Position numbers and translations under genes: made by a program
Assembly: GCA_964385105.1 (NCBI GenBank)
Contig: CAYLMU010000001.1
Location: forward strand, 130,252-194,251
Source of the DNA: an uncultured Candidatus Saccharibacteria bacterium
GTDB lineage: Bacteria; Patescibacteriota; WWE3; UBA101185; UBA10185
DNA length: 64,000 bases
Direction of reading: 5' to 3'
Notes under the pieces: generated by a model
Seen by the model: only the letters and a program-made list of their open reading frames with translations
What the model was told of the DNA's origin: nothing
Databases searched by the model: none
Shown: positions 58,846 to 64,000 of the stretch, one piece after another
Layout: each line of letters opens with the position of its first letter
Numbering within the stretch: position 1 is the stretch's first letter

Positions 58846-59826
58846 TTACTCCACAAACTTTCTTAACTCACTCAACAAATTATCTTCCACTTCAATCTCA
58901 CCCGTTTCAATAATATTTGCACGAATTCTGTCACCCCGCTCGCCGGGTACAAATATTTCATCTACATCGGGTAATCTTTTTGCGTTTTTTATAGCACTTT
59001 TTATTTTTTCAACTTCGCTTATAAAGTATGCGTTTCCAGCCAGTGCCGACGGGTTTATTGCTATAACAATATTACCGTCATTATCACTTTCATTATGAAA
59101 ATCTGCCCCAACCAACGCTCCCCCTATAATTTGCACCATTAAGGCAAGCCCCGCACCTTTAAATCCTCTATCAAAAGGTTTTATAGCACCCTCCATAATT
59201 TTAGCAGGGTCAGTTGTTTCGTTTCCGTCTTTATCCCAACCGATGTTCTCTGTAACTTGTACTCCCTTTGTTTTTGCTTCAACCAATCCAAAGTAAGAAA
59301 TTGCAGATGAAGACATATCCAAAACAATAGGCTCGCTTTCTGTAGGAATCGCCCACGCAATAGGGTTTGTGCTAAAAAGCGGCTCATAAGAACCATGAGG
59401 AGGGACACTGTTGTATGGATAGCTGGACATTGTAATGGCAACCAATCCTTGTTCGGCAACCTGACGTGACCAGTAACCTATTGCACCGGATGATCCAAAA
59501 CCATTGTGAGTACCCACTGCAGCGATACCCATTTCATTAGCTTTTTTTGCAACCATTTTAACCGCCATATCCATAACAATTGCTTCCATGGTTAAGTTAG
59601 CGTTAATTAAGGCTGTAGTTGGAGTATCTTTTTCTATGGTGGGCTCTTGCGCGTTTTTATGCTTTGGAATACCCGGCCCTATTAGCTTTACAATTCCCTG
59701 ATTATTTCCCCTTGTTTGGGCATACATCAACATTCCTAAAATTATTTCAGCTTCATTGTCGTTATACCCGTATTTTAATAATGCTTTTTTAGACAGTTCA
59801 TTAAGTTCGATTAATTTTATTTTCAT
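58846..59826 (-). CDS. Ldh_2 family (malate/L-lactate/sulfolactate) oxidoreductase
   Basis: STNPIA, VLDMSSS, KGAGLA and PGE motifs. Confidence 0.9.
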   Translation of the reverse strand: MKIKLIELNELSKKALLKYGYNDNEAEIILGMLMYAQTRGNNQGIVKLIGPGIPKHKNAQEPTIEKDTPTTALINANLTMEAIVMDMAVKMVAKKANEMGIAAVGTHNGFGSSGAIGYWSRQVAEQGLVAITMSSYPYNSVPPHGSYEPLFSTNPIAWAIPTESEPIVLDMSSSAISYFGLVEAKTKGVQVTENIGWDKDGNETTDPAKIMEGAIKPFDRGFKGAGLALMVQIIGGALVGADFHNESDNDGNIVIAINPSALAGNAYFISEVEKIKSAIKNAKRLPDVDEIFVPGERGDRIRANIIETGEIEVEDNLLSELRKFVE

Positions 59827-59856
59827 TATATGTTTCTAATAATATATTATAAATTA

Positions 59857-61020
59857 TTAATTTGTTTGATTTTTACTCTCATTCCAAACCTCTGTCAAAT
59901 ACGCATGCCTTCTCTTTTTCTCTTTCAACGGCACATCATCTTCAAAAAATCTTTCGGCTGGCGTGCCCGGTCGAGGAGAATAAATTGAAATATAAGCCAC
60001 ATTGAACTTAATTTTATTAAAAAGGGCAACCGTGTCCATAAACTGTTCTTCGGTTTCGCCCGGAAACCCAACAATAATATCTGTTCCAAACTCAATATCC
60101 GGTTTAACGGTTTTTAATTTTTCTATAAGCGCAATAAAATCCTCAATAGTGTGTCGCCTACTCATACGTTTCAAGACGTCGTTATTTCCTGATTGAACTG
60201 CAATATGCAAATAGTTAGATACTTTTGGATGCTTTAGTGCGTCAATTAAGTCTTGAGTAAAATCAAATGGATTTGAGGACAAAAAGCTTATTTTCTCAAT
60301 TCCGTCAATTTCAGCAACACTGCGCAATAAATCGGCAAACGGTATTTTTTGGTCACTTCCGGTACGTATTTTGAATTTTTCTTTTCGATCAAGCCCCCAC
60401 GAATTTACATTTTGCCCGCACAAAGTTATATGTTTAAATCCCCTTTTGGCCAAATGTTCAATTTCACGCATTATATGTTCTTTTGGCCGCGAAACCTCTT
60501 CTCCACGTGCATATGGTACAACACAAAAAGTGCAAAAATTATCACATCCGTAAGAAATATTTACAAAAGCATGTTCAGGATTGTCCTGAACCGCTACAAC
60601 TGCTTCAGGGTCAAATTTTTGTATAGCCCACTCATCTAAAATTCCGTTATCATGTAAAATCGCTGGAATTTTGGTTAATTGCGCAGGATTAATATATTCA
60701 TCAACCCAAGGTGTTTTATTTCGTAAAGTTTCAAATTCATACCTTTGACGCTCCCCTGTTACAGATCCCACCATGCATCCTGCCATTATAGTAAAAGGCT
60801 TTCTTTCATTGGAATCGTTAATATTCTTAAAAATTTTACCCAGCCCATAAACCTTATCTTCGCTTTTTTGTCGAACTGAGCATGTGTTAACTATAAAAAC
60901 GTCGCTGTCATGAAGGTTGTTACCGGGTTCAAAACCAATTGCTTCTAAAATTCCCGCCATGGTATTTGAATCAGCCACATTTGCCTGGCATCCTAAAGTT
61001 TGAATAAAGTATTTTTTCAT
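59857..61020 (-). CDS. miaB: tRNA methylthiotransferase (radical SAM), no TRAM domain
   Basis: TLGCQAN, NTCSVR, CDNFCTFC, DIIVGFPGET and YSPRPGT motifs. Confidence 0.9.
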   Translation of the reverse strand: MKKYFIQTLGCQANVADSNTMAGILEAIGFEPGNNLHDSDVFIVNTCSVRQKSEDKVYGLGKIFKNINDSNERKPFTIMAGCMVGSVTGERQRYEFETLRNKTPWVDEYINPAQLTKIPAILHDNGILDEWAIQKFDPEAVVAVQDNPEHAFVNISYGCDNFCTFCVVPYARGEEVSRPKEHIMREIEHLAKRGFKHITLCGQNVNSWGLDRKEKFKIRTGSDQKIPFADLLRSVAEIDGIEKISFLSSNPFDFTQDLIDALKHPKVSNYLHIAVQSGNNDVLKRMSRRHTIEDFIALIEKLKTVKPDIEFGTDIIVGFPGETEEQFMDTVALFNKIKFNVAYISIYSPRPGTPAERFFEDDVPLKEKKRRHAYLTEVWNESKNQTN

Positions 61021-61039
61021 CGGAGGAATTATATCAGTT

Positions 61040-61381
61040 TTACGATATACCCTCACCATTATCTACGGGTACTTTTGGTATAACAAAAACAGGTTTACTG
61101 TCCAAATCCGTGCCTATTGATAAAAGCATGCCTTGCGATTCCTGCCCTGCCATTTTTTTAGGCTCTAGGTTTGTTAAAACTAAAGTTTGCATATTTTTAA
61201 AGTCTTCAGGGTTATACCACTTGGCCATTCCGGTTAAAATTGTTCTCATCTCCCCGCTTCCAATGTCTACTGTTAGTTTTATTAATTTATTTGAGTTTTC
61301 TACATTTTCGGCGGCAACAATCGTTCCAACCTTTATTTCTAGTTTTTCAAAATCGGAGTAGTTTATTGTTGGTTTTGGCAT
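61040..61381 (-). CDS. Stand-alone tRNA-binding OB domain (Trbp111/MetG-C/CsaA-like)
   Basis: DFEKLEIKVG and NLEPKKMAG.ESQGMLL motifs. Confidence 0.9.
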   Translation of the reverse strand: MPKPTINYSDFEKLEIKVGTIVAAENVENSNKLIKLTVDIGSGEMRTILTGMAKWYNPEDFKNMQTLVLTNLEPKKMAGQESQGMLLSIGTDLDSKPVFVIPKVPVDNGEGIS

Positions 61382-61435
61382 AGGGTGATTGTAGCATAAG
61401 TGGAATATGACTCATTTTTCTGCTATAAATACCTA

Positions 61436-61669
61436 GTGTCAAAAACTATCAGCAAACACGAAATAATCAAGAATCTGCGTGAGGAACTCAAAATCCTTCG
61501 TGAAGAACGTGATAAGATAACACTTGAAAAAGGATTAGTTGCACAAGACAATAAAGATTTGCGTGAAAATGCTGCATATTCGCAACTTGAGCAAAAGGAA
61601 CATGCTCTTACCTCAAGAATTCGTGGTGTAATAGAAGAAATTTATGAGTACTCAAGAAAAAACATTTAA
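61436..61669 (+). CDS. GreA N-terminal-domain-only protein
   Basis: Coiled coil containing DLRENAAY; start inferred (GTG). Confidence 0.7.
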   Translation: MSKTISKHEIIKNLREELKILREERDKITLEKGLVAQDNKDLRENAAYSQLEQKEHALTSRIRGVIEEIYEYSRKNI

Positions 61670-62708
61670 AGAACAATTTGATAAGCTAGTTGTTTTACTA
61701 GAAGAGGATTCAAAAATACTAATTACCTCACACATGAATCCCGATCCCGATGCAGTAGCTTCAATGCTTGGGATGAAGCATTATTTAGATAATTACCACC
61801 AAAATTTTAAGTCAGATGTTTTGGTTACGGGAAACAAGGACGAACAATATGATTGGTTGCCCGATTTCGATAAAATTAACTGGAAAGAAGATATTGCCCC
61901 ATTCACAGCAGATTACAATGTTATTATTTTGGTAGATTGTCACTCCCGCGCTAGAGTATCCGAAACTCCTGAAATGATTGATTTAAATAAGCACCGCTTT
62001 ATTTGCATTGACCATCACCCCGAAATTACCGAAGATTTTGAGCTGGTATTTAGCGATTCTACTTATGCTGCTGCAGCACAACAAATTTCAAACATATTTT
62101 TTTCAAAAGAAGATTTAGCACACAAAAATATTGCAGAAACGTTACTTTACGGTATTTTAAGTGATACAGGAGGGTTGACCTTTGTTAATAAAGAAAAATC
62201 AAATGTTTTGGTTACGGTAAAAGAGATTATCGATGCTTCAGGTTGTGACCTACAGGTTGTTAAGTCAAAAATTGAATCGGTCAATAAAAAGGCATTAGAG
62301 CTTGTAAATGTTTTACTGTCAAATACCAAGTATGTAGAGCTAAGTAATGCGCCATCTTTGTCATACGCATATTTAGAGCGTGAGAATGTAAGCAGTTATG
62401 GCCAAGAGATAGTAAGTGACGCGTCGCACGTATATATGTTTTCTTATGTACGAAAGGTAAAAGGGTATCCTTGGGGGTTTGTTGTAACACCCCGTGATAA
62501 TTATTATAAAATATCGTTTAGGTCAAGCCCGGGAGCACCAAATGTTAAAAAAATTTGTAATGAATTTTTTGAAGGCGGTGGCCACGTGATGGCGGCAGGA
62601 GGTAAGTACATGCCTTCAGAAAATAATAAAAACATCTCAGCCGAAAAAGTTGCGCAAGAAATTATTAAATCTATAAGCAGCGCAAAAATTGAGATAAACC
62701 CCTTTTAG
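61644..62708 (+). CDS. DHH/DHHA1 phosphoesterase (NrnA-like)
   Basis: H.NPDPDA, IDHH, SDTG, SFRS and GGGH motifs. Confidence 0.92.
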   Translation: MSTQEKTFKEQFDKLVVLLEEDSKILITSHMNPDPDAVASMLGMKHYLDNYHQNFKSDVLVTGNKDEQYDWLPDFDKINWKEDIAPFTADYNVIILVDCHSRARVSETPEMIDLNKHRFICIDHHPEITEDFELVFSDSTYAAAAQQISNIFFSKEDLAHKNIAETLLYGILSDTGGLTFVNKEKSNVLVTVKEIIDASGCDLQVVKSKIESVNKKALELVNVLLSNTKYVELSNAPSLSYAYLERENVSSYGQEIVSDASHVYMFSYVRKVKGYPWGFVVTPRDNYYKISFRSSPGAPNVKKICNEFFEGGGHVMAAGGKYMPSENNKNISAEKVAQEIIKSISSAKIEINPF

Positions 62709-62749
62709 CCACTTTACACAATCCTATAGTTTTGCTAAAATCCTGGTGT

Positions 62750-63004
62750 ATGACCCAAACACAGATGAAAAAAGTAAGAATACATGTGAAAGGAAAACTT
62801 AGAAATTCAGTTCACAAATATTTTTCACATAAAAAGGCTAAAAAATACGGTGTTCACATGCATCAGATTTCATATAAAGCAAATGATCACGCCGAGCTTC
62901 TTCTTGAAGGAGACAGGGCTGATTTATGGGAACTTGTTAACTGGCACAAACGCGGGCCTATTTTGTGCAGCGTAAGTGAAGTGGACATTGAGTTTATAGA
63001 CTAG
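62750..63004 (+). CDS. Acylphosphatase-like protein (degenerate)
   Basis: I.VKG...EG......W..RGP....V..V pattern; canonical VQGV.FR absent. Confidence 0.6.
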   Translation: MTQTQMKKVRIHVKGKLRNSVHKYFSHKKAKKYGVHMHQISYKANDHAELLLEGDRADLWELVNWHKRGPILCSVSEVDIEFID

Positions 63005-63731
63005 GATCATTTTTTTGTTCTGCAACTCTTTTTACGTACTCCGTAAACAATTCCTCATATGTTTTATCTAAATTGCCGACAAGTGGCGTAAAATCGGTAA
63101 TAAATCCAACACATTCTTTAGGGTAATATTTTTCTGAGATTACTCCGTCCCAAATTATTGCAGTATCCATCTTGGCATTTGTAGACGCTTGGGCTCCATA
63201 CACTGAGTCTTCAAAAACAAGAATTTGGTTGGGTTTTAACTGTAATTTTGAAGCAGCCAGTTTATATATTTCAGGGTCGGGTTTTGGTTTTCTTACTTCA
63301 TCACCATAAATTTCAATATCAAAAACTCCGTTTAATCCAAGTAAATTTATAACCTGCGTACCAATTTCACGTATTGTGTTTGTAACCATTCCCAATTTTA
63401 ATTCCTTATCATGCTTAAGTTCTGCAGCCAAACTCCAAAAACCGGATCTAACTTCGAGATTACTTTTTTGAAATAAATTAAGATATTCGGTATAAGTATG
63501 CTTTACAAGCTCATTTACCGTAAAAGGCGATTCAAGGTGATTTTGATGCACAAGATAATCCCATTTGTCATTCATAAACATTCCGCGGGGAACCTCAAAA
63601 TCAAAATAATAAACCCCCATTGAGTTTAAGACTTTAATGACAGCTTCATCCCACAACATGTGTGTATCGGCCAGTGTGCCGTCTAGGTCAAATATTACTG
63701 CTTTTTTTTCTTTAATTAAATTTTTGTACAT
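62994..63731 (-). CDS. HAD family phosphatase
   Basis: FDLDGTLADT, KPKPDPEIY and FEDS motifs. Confidence 0.93.
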   Translation of the reverse strand: MYKNLIKEKKAVIFDLDGTLADTHMLWDEAVIKVLNSMGVYYFDFEVPRGMFMNDKWDYLVHQNHLESPFTVNELVKHTYTEYLNLFQKSNLEVRSGFWSLAAELKHDKELKLGMVTNTIREIGTQVINLLGLNGVFDIEIYGDEVRKPKPDPEIYKLAASKLQLKPNQILVFEDSVYGAQASTNAKMDTAIIWDGVISEKYYPKECVGFITDFTPLVGNLDKTYEELFTEYVKRVAEQKNDPSL

Positions 63732-63914
63732 TTATAAAATTCTTCTTTTTTTACCCCTTAAAGTGGTAAGAAAATTAATTATTAGTGCAATCGGCCCAAA
63801 TATAAAATTTATAGGAAACCAATACCACACATCACCCGCAAACAGCAAAATGTAAAGTGCATACAAAAAACCTATTAAAAAATATAAGATTAGGAAAATT
63901 TCTAATATACCCAT
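63732..63914 (-). CDS. Small membrane protein
   Basis: Hydrophobic 60-aa ORF abutting the HAD gene; -10 box 6 nt upstream. Confidence 0.6.
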   Translation of the reverse strand: MGILEIFLILYFLIGFLYALYILLFAGDVWYWFPINFIFGPIALIINFLTTLRGKKRRIL

Positions 63915-64000
63915 GAATTAAGCTTAACATTTTGTGAATAAAGTTTGAAGCTCAGCGGAGTTATTTTAACTCGTCATAGTATTTTCTTAGAATAACAGCT

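Noticed and set aside
1-64000. CRISPR array, rRNA, reverse transcriptase or IS transposase
   Set aside because: No regularly spaced repeats or diagnostic motifs seen by eye
1-64000. TGA reassignment (genetic code 25)
   Set aside because: Long conserved genes have no internal TGA, and ftsX and miaA end at TGA where expected

Overview
AT-rich bacterial chromosome segment using the standard genetic code. The gene set (compact ProRS, ValRS without its C-terminal coiled coil, mini-TsaB, tRNA-Arg(GCG), many glycosyltransferases and unknown ORFs) suggests a Patescibacteria/CPR genome, probably WWE3/Microgenomates-like (inference). The first 4.5 kb is a compact element integrated at the 3' end of tRNA-Ser(CGA). 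It carries a large serine recombinase, a gene II/X-type Rep, a 50-aa microprotein, a membrane-wHTH protein and a GC-rich cargo gene. Its 10-bp att core lies inside the recombinase ORF, so excision would swap the enzyme's C-terminus. An accessory region follows (C5 DNA methyltransferase with a convergent unknown gene, a hyper-acidic 55-aa peptide, a riboswitch-like leader), then mostly housekeeping genes (tsaD/E/B, proS, purA, valS, truB, ftsEX, mltG, rnpB, miaA, miaB) and five tRNAs in total. Other highlights are an NpmA-like 16S methyltransferase, a leader-peptide attenuator ahead of an ATP-grasp/M20 peptidase pair, pervasive leaderless-type promoters and several single-base frameshifts. No CRISPR array or rRNA was seen. 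All calls come from motif recognition by eye; no searches were run.
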